A DNA stretch of 35,684 bases from Chloroflexota bacterium (GCA_046046485.1 JBJOJU010000376.1:1-35684); one strand, 5' to 3'. Numbered from the stretch's first letter, positions 17,826-27,000 are shown. Translations and numbers: made by a program. The notes: generated by a model not told the origin, from the letters alone.

Positions 17826-19730
17826 TCAGGCGTCGGTGCGCGGTGCGATGTAGACCGTCGCCAGCGGCGGAATGGTGAGCACCATCGAAGCCGGCATACC
17901 ATGGCACGGCACGTCCTCGACACGCAGGTGCGTCATCGCCCCGCTCCCGCCCCACTGGGTGTCGTCACTGTTGCAGATGACCTCCCAGGCGCCGCCGTGG
18001 GGCAACCCGATGCGGTATTCGTGCCGGGGCACCGGGGTGAAGCCACACACCACCACCACGTTGCGGGTGGCAGCGCCGCCCCGCCGCAGCAATGCCACCA
18101 CGCTCTGGTCGGCGTCGTCGCAGGCGATCCAGTGGAAGCCCCACGGGTCGAAGTCGAGCTGGTGCAGCGCACCCTCGTATTTGTGCAACCGGTTGAGCTC
18201 GGCCACGTAGCGCTGCAGACCGACGTGCATCGGGTCGTCGAGCAGGTGCCAGTCGAGCGACCGCTCATGCGACCATTCGCGCCACTGCCCGAATTCACCG
18301 CCCATGAACAACAGTTTTTTGCCCGATTGGCCGTACATGTAGCCGTACAACGTGCGCAGGTTGGCGAATTTCTGCCAGACATCGCCCGGCATTTTGTTGA
18401 GCATCGAACCCTTGCCGTGCACCACCTCGTCGTGCGAAAACGCCAGCGTGAATTGCTCGCTGAAGGCATACAACGAGCGGAACGTCAGCTTGTTGTGGTG
18501 GTATTTGCGGTGCACCGGGTCTTCGGCGAGGTACTTGAGCGTGTCGTGCATCCAGCCCATGTCCCACTTCATATTGAAACCCAGACCGCCGATGTAGGTC
18601 GGCCGCGACACCATGGGCCAGGCCGTCGATTCCTCGGCGATCATCACGATGCCGGGGAAGCGCTCGTGGACGGTTTCGTTCAAACGACGCAAAAACACGA
18701 TCGCGTCGATGTTTTCGCGCCCGCCGTAGGCATTGGGGATCCACTCGCCTTCTTTGCGCGAGTAGTCGAGATACAGCATCGAGGCCACGGCGTCGACGCG
18801 GATGCCGTCGATGTGATAGCGCTCGAACCACGACACCGCGCTCGAAATCAAGAAGCTGCGCACCTCGTGGCGACCGTAATTGAAGATGTAGCTGCCCCAG
18901 TCGGGGTGGTAGCCCTGGCGCGGGTCGGCGTGCTCATAGACTGCCGTGCCGTCGAATTGGGCCAAGCCGTGGGCGTCGACAGCGAAGTGCGAGGGCACCC
19001 AGTCCAAAATGACTCCGATGCCCTGCTGGTGCAGGTAATCGACGAACCCCATGAAATCTTGCGGGCTGCCGTAGCGACTCGTCGGCGCATACAAACCGAC
19101 CGACTGATAGCCCCACGAGCCGTCGAACGGGTATTCCATGATGGGCAGGATCTCGACGTGGGTGTAGTGCATGCTGGTGCAGTATTCGGCCAAGCGGCGC
19201 GCTGCATCGGCATACCCCAGCCAACTGTCGTCGGTGTGGCGCATCCACGACCCGAGGTGCACCTCGTAGATGCTCATCGGCTCGCCGTTGTTGTTGCGGG
19301 TGGCGCGGGCTTCCATCCATGCCGCATCGCCCCACGTGTGCGTCATATCGGCGACGATCGACGCCGTGTTGGGGCGCACCTCGCCGGCCGTGGCCAGCGG
19401 GTCGGCTTTCTCGAGAATATCGCCGCTCTGCGCCTCGATCGAGTATTTGTACGGCGTCCCCACCGGCACGTGCGCAATAAAGCCGGCCCAGATGCCCGAC
19501 GAGCCCTGTGCCCACAGCATGTTGCCGCCGCGCTGCCAGCCGTTGAAGTCGGCAATCACCGCCACCGAGCGCGCACTGGGTGCCCAGACGGCGAAATGCA
19601 CGCCCGCCACCCCGTCTTTGACGCAGGGAATCGCCCCCAGTTTGTGGTGGAGTGCGAAATGTGAACCTTCGTTAAAAAGATACTGGTCGTCTTGGGTTAC
19701 AAAGGTGTGCCCGATGAGCTGCGTGGTCAT
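17826..19730 (-). CDS. glgB: 1,4-alpha-glucan branching enzyme (GH13)
   Basis: The four GH13 conserved regions are present: [32 protein letters not shown] and [21 protein letters not shown] precedes the start. Confidence 0.97.
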   Translation of the reverse strand: MTTQLIGHTFVTQDDQYLFNEGSHFALHHKLGAIPCVKDGVAGVHFAVWAPSARSVAVIADFNGWQRGGNMLWAQGSSGIWAGFIAHVPVGTPYKYSIEAQSGDILEKADPLATAGEVRPNTASIVADMTHTWGDAAWMEARATRNNNGEPMSIYEVHLGSWMRHTDDSWLGYADAARRLAEYCTSMHYTHVEILPIMEYPFDGSWGYQSVGLYAPTSRYGSPQDFMGFVDYLHQQGIGVILDWVPSHFAVDAHGLAQFDGTAVYEHADPRQGYHPDWGSYIFNYGRHEVRSFLISSAVSWFERYHIDGIRVDAVASMLYLDYSRKEGEWIPNAYGGRENIDAIVFLRRLNETVHERFPGIVMIAEESTAWPMVSRPTYIGGLGFNMKWDMGWMHDTLKYLAEDPVHRKYHHNKLTFRSLYAFSEQFTLAFSHDEVVHGKGSMLNKMPGDVWQKFANLRTLYGYMYGQSGKKLLFMGGEFGQWREWSHERSLDWHLLDDPMHVGLQRYVAELNRLHKYEGALHQLDFDPWGFHWIACDDADQSVVALLRRGGAATRNVVVVCGFTPVPRHEYRIGLPHGGAWEVICNSDDTQWGGSGAMTHLRVEDVPCHGMPASMVLTIPPLATVYIAPRTDA

Positions 19731-19763
19731 GGAGACTTCTCCTGTTGAACCGTCGTCACTCTG

Positions 19764-21092
19764 TCAGCGTTGTTTCACCGCTTCGAGCACCGCTGCATAA
19801 AACGGATCGACACCTGCGACTGCCTCGAGATCCTGCAGACCAGCGGCGTTTTGCGGGTCGAGCAAGGTCTGCGCCCACCCACGCAAAAAGCGCGCACTGG
19901 GAAGCTCTTCTTTCGCGAGGACAGCAGAACTCAATCGTACCACGTTCTCTACCACCACCTCGCCGAATGCGCTCAGGTCTGCGGGAAAGTTCGGGTTCTG
20001 CAGGTCGACCAGTGCCGCCGGATCGACCCGGCGGATTTCGCGCACCGCCGCGTCGTAATCGCCGTACAACAACGCACTCATAAAGGGCGACGCGTCGTCG
20101 GCTGTCGGCTGCCGTTGGCTCGCGATCCGCGTGAGCAACGCCACCGTCCACGTGTCTTGGTCGGTCGTCGGTGTGGCTGCGAGTGCGAGCTCGCTGCTGA
20201 CGACGTTCCAGCGGTCGATCTGGCTGGCCGCGTATGCCGCCTGGATGTGTGCGTCACTGCTGGGCGCGGGTTTTTGCTGCACAAACGCGTTGCCGTCCCA
20301 TGCGTAGACTTCTTCGTACCACGCGCGCACACCACAGGCATAACAAAACACATAAAAATCGGTCGCGTCGCCCACCGCGTCGAGACTGCCGTCGCCGTTC
20401 ACATCGATCATGCGCAGTGCCCACCCGCCCGCATCGGAGTTGGCCGCGTATTCGAGTGTCAGCGCTTTCCCATCAAACGAAAAGACCTGACCGAAGCTGC
20501 TATGTGCGCCAACGCCACCGGTGACGGTGAAGAACGCACTGCCCGCGCGGTAGCTGGGCAGCAGCTCGAGCGCGCTGATGTATTGCCCGTCTTTGAAGTC
20601 GTATTCAGTGATTTTCTGCAGGCCGGCGCTGGTTTTCTGATAAATACTCAGCGGGTGGTATGACTGATAGTCTTCTTCGGTGCCGGTCGAATCGGTCATG
20701 CCCATTGCCAGACTGGCATAGAAGGGGCCGTCGGCGCCGTCCATCAACTTGACCACCGCGGTTTCGCCCAACATCGACGCCGAATCACCGTTGGCGTCGG
20801 GCGTCATCGTGGCAGCCAACAACGCGGCACTGGTGGCCGCGACCATCGTCGCATCGGCCGAATCGACGTTGCTGGGGGTACTCGTGGGGCGCGCAAACAC
20901 CGTCGGCGACGCGGCGGGGATGTCGGTCGCCTGTACCTCCGCCGTCGCAACCGGAGGCGTCGCCGCTCCGTCGGCGACCGCAGTCACTGCCGGCGCCGCA
21001 GTGGGCACCGCGGCCGGTGCCGGTTTTCCACAACTGACCACTACCAAGCTCGCCAACACCACGACACCCACCCACCGCGCGCGCAGCCCCAT
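19764..21092 (-). CDS. Hypothetical lipoprotein with a possible FG-GAP/VCBS-like Ca-binding loop
   Basis: It has a signal peptide with the lipobox LVVVSCG, followed by a Pro/Ala/Thr linker. IDVNGDGSLDAVGD is present. I recognise no family for the protein as a whole. Confidence 0.7.
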   Translation of the reverse strand: MGLRARWVGVVVLASLVVVSCGKPAPAAVPTAAPAVTAVADGAATPPVATAEVQATDIPAASPTVFARPTSTPSNVDSADATMVAATSAALLAATMTPDANGDSASMLGETAVVKLMDGADGPFYASLAMGMTDSTGTEEDYQSYHPLSIYQKTSAGLQKITEYDFKDGQYISALELLPSYRAGSAFFTVTGGVGAHSSFGQVFSFDGKALTLEYAANSDAGGWALRMIDVNGDGSLDAVGDATDFYVFCYACGVRAWYEEVYAWDGNAFVQQKPAPSSDAHIQAAYAASQIDRWNVVSSELALAATPTTDQDTWTVALLTRIASQRQPTADDASPFMSALLYGDYDAAVREIRRVDPAALVDLQNPNFPADLSAFGEVVVENVVRLSSAVLAKEELPSARFLRGWAQTLLDPQNAAGLQDLEAVAGVDPFYAAVLEAVKQR

Positions 21093-21194
21093 ACCCAGCC
21101 TCTGTGTTCTTTTTCAATACGACTACGGGTAGTATACTGCGCGACACTGCGTCAGATGCTTATAGATGGCTCATGCGCGGCTCACCAGCAGTGC

Positions 21195-22868
21195 CTATTT
21201 CACCCACAGCGCAATCACCCACCCCAGCACATACAACAACCCATAGCGGGTGTGCAGTACTGCCGTGCCCCGCAGCACCGGGTGGAGCTTCTCGGCCGCT
21301 GCTTCGGTGTGGGCGATTTTGATCAGCGACCAGGCCAGCGGCGCCGTCACAAAGGCCAGCAGCGTGGGCCACGGGGCCAGCCCGAGCGCGATGAGCACCA
21401 GCGTCGACACAAACGTCCCGCCCACCAGGATGTCGTACTCGATGCGTGCACCGCTGCGCCCGAAGACCGTCGCCAACGTGCGCTTGTGATTGATGCGATC
21501 GGTGTCGATGTCGCGCAGGTTGTTTGCATGCAGAATCGCCGCCACCACGAAGGCCACCGGCAACGAAGCAACGATGACCGGCCAGTTCCACGGATCGGGC
21601 TGCTGCTGGAAGGTCTGCAGGTAATACGACCCGAGCACCATGACCGGCCCCATGAAGATAAACACCGCCACTTCACCTAGCCCCACATAGGCCAGCGCGA
21701 ACGGCCCAGCGGTATAGAAATACCCCACCGCCACGCTACACAACCCCAGCCACAGAATGAACGGCCCCGTCGCATACACGAAATAGAGCCCGATCGCCGA
21801 GCCGACGGCGAAGGCCAACACGCCCGCCCAAAAAATCTGCTGCGGCGTCATGTCGCCCCGCAACAAGGCCCCGCCGGTGCCCCGCACGTTGGCCGTGTCG
21901 GTGCCCTTGGTGTAGTCGTAGTAGTCGTTCATCAGGTTGGTGCCGCCTTGGATGGCGATCGACCCGATCAACGCCAACACCAACCACAGCCAATTGATGG
22001 CCACGCCGTGGGCTGCGATGGCCGCCCCCAACAACACCGGCACGATGGCAGCAGTGTAGCTCCAGGGTCGCACCGCGCCCCACCATTTCTTCAACAACGG
22101 CATACGCGACTCCTTGACCGTGTGGCGCCACGGCACCACCAAGCGCTCGATTTCGTCCAACCCCACGGTGATCAACCACCCCAGCCCAGCGATGACCGTC
22201 ACCGCCGCCATCATGTCGGCGATGGCATAGAGCTCGTATGACTGCCAGATGCGGTAGCCGATGCCCTCGCTCGCGCCGACGAATTCGACGCCGACGATGA
22301 GCGTCAGCGCAAAGCCCATCGCCAACTTCCAGCCGTCGATAATCGCCGGCAAACACGCCGGCAGCGCAACCGTGCGGAACAACACGCGCTGATTAGCCCC
22401 GTACAAGCGGCCGACCTCGAAGAAGCGTTGGTCGATCTGCAGCACGCCGCCGATGGTGTGGATCACCACCATCAAAAAGACACTCACCGCCACGGTGGCG
22501 ATCTTGCTCACCTCGCCGATCCCCAGCACCACGATCACCAAGGGCAACAGGGCGATCTTGGGCACCGGGTAGAGCATCGTCGCCAGCGGCCGCACCAGTA
22601 GGTAGACCGTGCGATTCAACCCGCTCCAGATCCCCAGCAGCGTCGCCGGGATCGCCCCCACCAAGAACCCCAGCGCGATCCGCCGGCTGCTGACGACGAC
22701 GTCGCCCATGAGCGACCCGTCGGCCAGCCCCGCACCCAGGGCGACCACCACCTCGCTGGGCGGTGGGATAAAGATCCGATTGAGGACTCCCAGCTGCACC
22801 AGCGCTTCCCACAGCACGAGCAACAACAGCGGCGACAGCAGCGACAACCAGCGATTCTGGGGCATCAC
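21195..22868 (-). CDS. menA: In-frame fusion (or stop-less read-through) of an SsuC/TauC-type ABC permease and a MenA 1,4-dihydroxy-2-naphthoate polyprenyltransferase
   Basis: This is a single 557-codon ORF. Residues 1-255 are an ABC permease that ends ..IERLVVPWRH, as such permeases normally do. Residues 256-557 are a full MenA, with the start-like MPLLKKWWGAVRPWSY and motifs NLMNDYYDYTKGTD and NNLRDIDTDRINHKRTLA. No stop codon lies between the two parts. AAGGAG sits 6 nt before the internal ATG at 22103, so a separate MenA (21195..22103) is also possible. Confidence 0.8.
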   Translation of the reverse strand: MMPQNRWLSLLSPLLLLVLWEALVQLGVLNRIFIPPPSEVVVALGAGLADGSLMGDVVVSSRRIALGFLVGAIPATLLGIWSGLNRTVYLLVRPLATMLYPVPKIALLPLVIVVLGIGEVSKIATVAVSVFLMVVIHTIGGVLQIDQRFFEVGRLYGANQRVLFRTVALPACLPAIIDGWKLAMGFALTLIVGVEFVGASEGIGYRIWQSYELYAIADMMAAVTVIAGLGWLITVGLDEIERLVVPWRHTVKESRMPLLKKWWGAVRPWSYTAAIVPVLLGAAIAAHGVAINWLWLVLALIGSIAIQGGTNLMNDYYDYTKGTDTANVRGTGGALLRGDMTPQQIFWAGVLAFAVGSAIGLYFVYATGPFILWLGLCSVAVGYFYTAGPFALAYVGLGEVAVFIFMGPVMVLGSYYLQTFQQQPDPWNWPVIVASLPVAFVVAAILHANNLRDIDTDRINHKRTLATVFGRSGARIEYDILVGGTFVSTLVLIALGLAPWPTLLAFVTAPLAWSLIKIAHTEAAAEKLHPVLRGTAVLHTRYGLLYVLGWVIALWVK

Positions 22869-23632
22869 AGTACCCCTTCCTGCATCTGCACGGCCACCTG
22901 CTGGCGGATCTGCCCCCAGATGTCGCCGAAGGCCTGTTGGAACGCCGGCAACGTCCGCTTCGTGTCGATCGCCACATCCGGCAGGCCAGGCGTGACATCG
23001 GCAATCACGCGCCCCGGGCGCGCCGACAGCACCACGATGCGCTCGGCGACGATCAACGCCTCGTCGATGGCGTGGGTCACAAACACCATCGTGCCGCAGG
23101 CACCCTGGCGGCGCAGGTCACAGACCAGCTCCTGCATCAGCAAGCGCGTCTGGGCATCGAGCGCCGCAAACGGCTCGTCGAAGAGCACGATGTCGGGGCG
23201 GGTCGCCAACGCCCGGGCTATCCCCACCCGCTGCTGCATCCCGCCCGACAGCTGGTGCGGGTAGGCGTCGAAAAAGCGCTGCAACCCCATCCGCTCGGCC
23301 CATTCGTGGGCCCGCACCCGCCGCTCGGCCGGGGCGACCCCCTGCGTCATCAGCCCATAGCCGATGTTGTCGGCCACCGACAACCACGGAAAGAGCAGGC
23401 CGCTCTGGAAGACCATCGCCAGCCGCGCCCCCGGCGCCACGGTCACGCTGCCCGTGCTCACCCGCTCGAGGCCGGCGATCGCCCGCAGCAGCGTCGTCTT
23501 GCCGCAGCCCGAAGGCCCCACCAGCGCCAGCGCACTGCCCTGGGCAACCCGCAACGAGACATCGGTCAACGCATGCACCCCGTTGGGGTAGGTCACGCCG
23601 ACATCGGTACAGACAATCGGATCAGGAGCCAT
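22865..23632 (-). CDS. ABC transporter ATP-binding protein (nitrate/sulfonate/taurine SsuB/TauB type)
   Basis: It has Walker A GPSGCGKTT, the signature LSGGMQQRV and Walker B IVLFDEPF. Its stop overlaps the permease start by 4 bp. Confidence 0.9.
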   Translation of the reverse strand: MAPDPIVCTDVGVTYPNGVHALTDVSLRVAQGSALALVGPSGCGKTTLLRAIAGLERVSTGSVTVAPGARLAMVFQSGLLFPWLSVADNIGYGLMTQGVAPAERRVRAHEWAERMGLQRFFDAYPHQLSGGMQQRVGIARALATRPDIVLFDEPFAALDAQTRLLMQELVCDLRRQGACGTMVFVTHAIDEALIVAERIVVLSARPGRVIADVTPGLPDVAIDTKRTLPAFQQAFGDIWGQIRQQVAVQMQEGVL

Positions 23633-23646
23633 ACTGCCCTCACGGC

Positions 23647-23677
23647 AAAAAACCGCGGCGTCGGTGCGACGCCGCGG
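23647..23677 (-). terminator. Intra-operon terminator/attenuator hairpin between the SBP and ATPase genes
   Basis: A perfect 10-bp stem pairs CCGCGGCGTC with GACGCCGCGG (23653-23677). It is followed on the minus strand by TTTTTT and then the GAGGG RBS of the ATPase gene. Confidence 0.65.
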
Positions 23678-23707
23678 AAGAGAACAGAACGCAGGCGTTC
23701 GGCTGGG

Positions 23708-24769
23708 TTATTTGCCGGTTGCGCGGGCGACCAGTTCGGTGTTGATGAGCGTGTTCACATCCAGGTCTGTATCATACTCCAAGTAGCCACGCTCGCGGAA
23801 GTAGCTCTGCAGCGTCTCGAGGTTTGCGACCGGAATCACGCCCTCGGCGTTGTAGTGCGCAATCGAGGCCTTTTCGACCACCGCTGCCGGCACCTTGGTG
23901 TACTTCTCGATAATCGCCGCGATCTCGGGGGTCATGTACTCGCCCTGCAGATCGCCGCAGGCCTTCAGGTACGCGCGCATGAAGCCTTCCGACGTCGCGG
24001 TGTCGGCCAACATCGGCTCGCCCATGTACAGATACGTCGCGTAGAAGCCGTCGATGAAGTCGTCGGCCAAGATCGCTACCACGCCTTTGTCGATGTTGAT
24101 GGTGGCAAGCGGCTCACCCAAAATCGCCGCGTCGATCGAGCCGCCTTCCAGTGCCGCCGGCACATCCTTGAAGCCCACCGTCACCAGCTCGATGTCGGCC
24201 ATCGTCAGGCCGTTCTTTTCGAGCGCCTGGGCGACCCAGTACTCGGTCGCCGCGCCGGTGGCGTTGATGGCGACTTTCTTGCCTTTCAAATCGGCGACCG
24301 ACTTGAGCTCGTCGACGCGCTTGGCGCTGATGACCAACGGGCTCGTCAACGGCTTCGATTCGTTGTGCATCGGCGCCACAATCGAAAACTTCACCCCGCG
24401 AGCCGCCGCGTTGAACAAGCCAGCACCGGCACCACCGAAGGCGGCGTCGAAGTTGCCCGCTGCCAGCTGCACCACCGGGTCACTGCCGCCCTGGACCGGC
24501 GTCGACTCGATTTCGATGCCCTCTGCAGCGAAATACCCCCGCTCGATACCCACGTACAACGGCGCATAGATCGACACCGGGACGTAGCCCAAGCGCACTT
24601 TCTTCAATGCAGCCGACTCGGCCGTGGGCTCCGCAGCAGCGGTCGGCTCGGCCGCCGGTTCCGCGGCAGCCGTCGGTTCGGCTGGCACTGCCGTCGGCGC
24701 AGCCGCCGCACCAGCACCACAGCTGGCCAGCACCATGCCGACCAATATCAGCGACAATAGGCGTTTCAT
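23708..24769 (-). CDS. ABC transporter substrate-binding lipoprotein, NMT1/THI5 (SsuA/TauA)-like
   Basis: It has the lipobox VLASCG, then an Ala/Pro/Glu/Thr repeat linker, then VRLGYVPVSIYAPLYVGIERGYF, which is typical of the family. Confidence 0.9.
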   Translation of the reverse strand: MKRLLSLILVGMVLASCGAGAAAAPTAVPAEPTAAAEPAAEPTAAAEPTAESAALKKVRLGYVPVSIYAPLYVGIERGYFAAEGIEIESTPVQGGSDPVVQLAAGNFDAAFGGAGAGLFNAAARGVKFSIVAPMHNESKPLTSPLVISAKRVDELKSVADLKGKKVAINATGAATEYWVAQALEKNGLTMADIELVTVGFKDVPAALEGGSIDAAILGEPLATINIDKGVVAILADDFIDGFYATYLYMGEPMLADTATSEGFMRAYLKACGDLQGEYMTPEIAAIIEKYTKVPAAVVEKASIAHYNAEGVIPVANLETLQSYFRERGYLEYDTDLDVNTLINTELVARATGK

Positions 24770-24807
24770 ACCCGCACACTTTCATTCGTCGTCACCCAAT
24801 CGCGCAC

Positions 24808-24816
24808 ATTGTAACA
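24808..24816 (-). promoter_or_regulatory. Candidate extended -10 promoter of the ABC/MenA operon
   Basis: The minus strand reads TGTTACAAT about 35 nt upstream of the SBP start codon. No clear -35 element is present. Confidence 0.35.
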
Positions 24817-25122
24817 GAATTCACGTTGTCTATCGGCTGTCTTTTTTTATGGGAAAACTTTACTGGGCCCGACATTTGCCTGGCGGCAGCGGGGTCTGGC
24901 GCGGCGGGGCACTGCCCCGCGCGCCGTGCGGTGCGTGGCGCCGCACAACCGATCCCCGCTGCAAGCCCCACGCGCACATCGGCAGCACACCGGTGCACCC
25001 CGTGTGTCTCAATCGTTGTTTCTTCCTCTGTCTACCGCCACCGAGAGAAGCATCGATACATGCTTCTTCTACCTCCTGCGGGTGTTCCTCGTGTGCCGGT
25101 GTCTGGGTAGGCTGTGGGTGAC

Positions 25123-25150
25123 GGTCGCAGCCGCACCTGCGACCCCGTTT
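25123..25150 (+). terminator. Terminator-like hairpin inside the long upstream region of the pentapeptide gene
   Basis: GGTCGCAG (25123-25130) pairs with CTGCGACC (25137-25144) and is followed by CCGTTTCTG. The T-tract is short. Confidence 0.3.
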
Positions 25151-25259
25151 CTGCCACCGCTGCCCGCCCCAGGAGAACGATCCCCCCGAGTCAAACCAAC
25201 TGCCCCCCAAAACCGTCGATAATACCAGGAGAAATCACGCACCAACGGGGGATTTGCCT

Positions 25260-26894
25260 ATGCGTACCCGACCAATCTTGCGTTCCTGCATCGTGCTCAC
25301 CAGTTGCCTCATGTTGGGCATCGCACGCCCACCCGCTTCTGCACACGCCATCAGCAGCGACTGCGGCGCGACCCCGGCGCCGTTTGTCGACCTGAGCGGT
25401 TGCGACCTGCACGGCCGCGATCTCTCGTGGGCCGAGCTCGCGCACGCCAACCTCGCCGGCGCCAATCTCGCGGGTGCCACCCTCACCAGCGCCAATCTGG
25501 CCAGTGCCATCCTCACCGGCGCCGACCTGACCGGTGCCGTGCTGACCAATGTCAGTGCCACCAAAGCCGATTTCAGCACCGCCGATCTGACCAATGCCGA
25601 CGCGACCGGTGCCGCCTTGGTGGGCATCGTCCTGACCAACGCCACCGTCAGCGGCACAAACTTCAGCGGTGTCTCCTTCAGCGGCACGCTGGTGCGCGGC
25701 GTCAGCAGCGGTGGCCTGGTGGGGACGCCCGCGGCACTCCCCAGTGGCTGGAGCGTCACCGCCGGGTACCTCATCGGCCCCGGTGCCTACCTGGGCGGCG
25801 CCGCCCTCGACGGGGTGTCGCTCAGCGGGCGCACACTCACCAAAACCATCTTCACCGACGCCCATCTCGCCGGCAGCGACTGTACCGGCTGCGTCTTGAC
25901 CGGCGCCAAACTCAACGGCGCCGATCTGACCAATGCCGTCTTGACCAATAGCCGCCTCGACGGTGTCGCCATCGGCCGGGCCAACCTGACGGGCACGGTC
26001 TTGACCAACAGCGTCTTGACCAAGGTCCGCTCCGGTCTGCTCACGGGTACCCCAGCAAACCTCCCCACGGGGTGGGTCATCCGCGGCGGCTATCTGCTCG
26101 GACCCACCGCCGATCTGACCGGGGCTGCGCTGCGCAACCTCAGCCTGAGCGGGGTCTCGCTCGCAAAAGCGACGCTGACGAACCTCGTCAGCAGCGGCAT
26201 CAGCGCCGGGCCCAGCGCCCTGCCGGCCGGGTGGGTCCTGCGCGGCGGGCGCATCTACGGCCCATACGCCAACCTCACCGGTGCCAATCTCGCCCGCCTC
26301 AACATCGCGGGGCTGTCACTGGGCCATGCCACCCTGCGCAACGTCAGCTCGGGGGGTATCACCGGCACCCCGGCAGCAATCCCGGCCGGTTGGCGCCTGC
26401 GCAACGGCTACCTGGTGGGCCCGTACGCCAACCTCTCCAACGCACTCTTCGGCACCGCCGACCTCAGCAACATCCAGATCCAAGGTGCCCGCATCACCAA
26501 CGCCGACTTCGGTCGGACCGTACTGGCCAATGTCCGCTCGGGGGCACTCGTCGGCACACCGCGCAGCATGCCGCCGGGCTGGGTCGTCCGCAAAGGGTTC
26601 TTCATCGGCGCCACCGCGTCGCTGCGCGACGCCGACCTCAGCCACGCCGATCTGCGTGCGACCAACCTCGCCACCGCCAATCTGGCCAACGCCGATCTCC
26701 ACAGTGCAAACCTGGCCGGTGCCAATCTCAGCAGCGCCAATCTGACCGACGCCAACCTGACCGGTACCACCCTCACCAACACCAACCTCCGCACCGCCAC
26801 CCTCACCGATGTCACGGCCACGGGCATCGTCGGCGTCCCGGCTGCCCTGCCCCCCGGCTGGCGCCTCGTCGGCGGCACACTCATCGGCCCGTGA
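25260..26894 (+). CDS. Secreted pentapeptide-repeat protein with six interspersed conserved ~30-aa modules
   Basis: The signal peptide ends ..PPASAHA|ISS. Long runs of A(N/D)L(T/S/A)G-type pentapeptides are present. ATG 25260 is preceded by GGGGGA, and the track start at 25254 is a TTG. Confidence 0.9.
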   Translation: MRTRPILRSCIVLTSCLMLGIARPPASAHAISSDCGATPAPFVDLSGCDLHGRDLSWAELAHANLAGANLAGATLTSANLASAILTGADLTGAVLTNVSATKADFSTADLTNADATGAALVGIVLTNATVSGTNFSGVSFSGTLVRGVSSGGLVGTPAALPSGWSVTAGYLIGPGAYLGGAALDGVSLSGRTLTKTIFTDAHLAGSDCTGCVLTGAKLNGADLTNAVLTNSRLDGVAIGRANLTGTVLTNSVLTKVRSGLLTGTPANLPTGWVIRGGYLLGPTADLTGAALRNLSLSGVSLAKATLTNLVSSGISAGPSALPAGWVLRGGRIYGPYANLTGANLARLNIAGLSLGHATLRNVSSGGITGTPAAIPAGWRLRNGYLVGPYANLSNALFGTADLSNIQIQGARITNADFGRTVLANVRSGALVGTPRSMPPGWVVRKGFFIGATASLRDADLSHADLRATNLATANLANADLHSANLAGANLSSANLTDANLTGTTLTNTNLRTATLTDVTATGIVGVPAALPPGWRLVGGTLIGP

Positions 26895-26919
26895 CCACAG
26901 CGAGATCCACACGCACACG

Positions 26920-26940
26920 ATTTTGGTATTTTTAACAAAA
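26920..26940. repeat. 21-bp AT-rich box, copy 1 (ATTTTGGTATTTTTAACAAAA)
   Basis: It is identical to 27180-27200. It is an imperfect palindrome, TTTTGnTA-N4-TAnCAAAA. Confidence 0.9.
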
Positions 26941-27000
26941 AAACCAACGCGTCTCACGCTGGTAGGCGCGCAGCCCCGCCGAAGGCACTCCCATGCGCTC

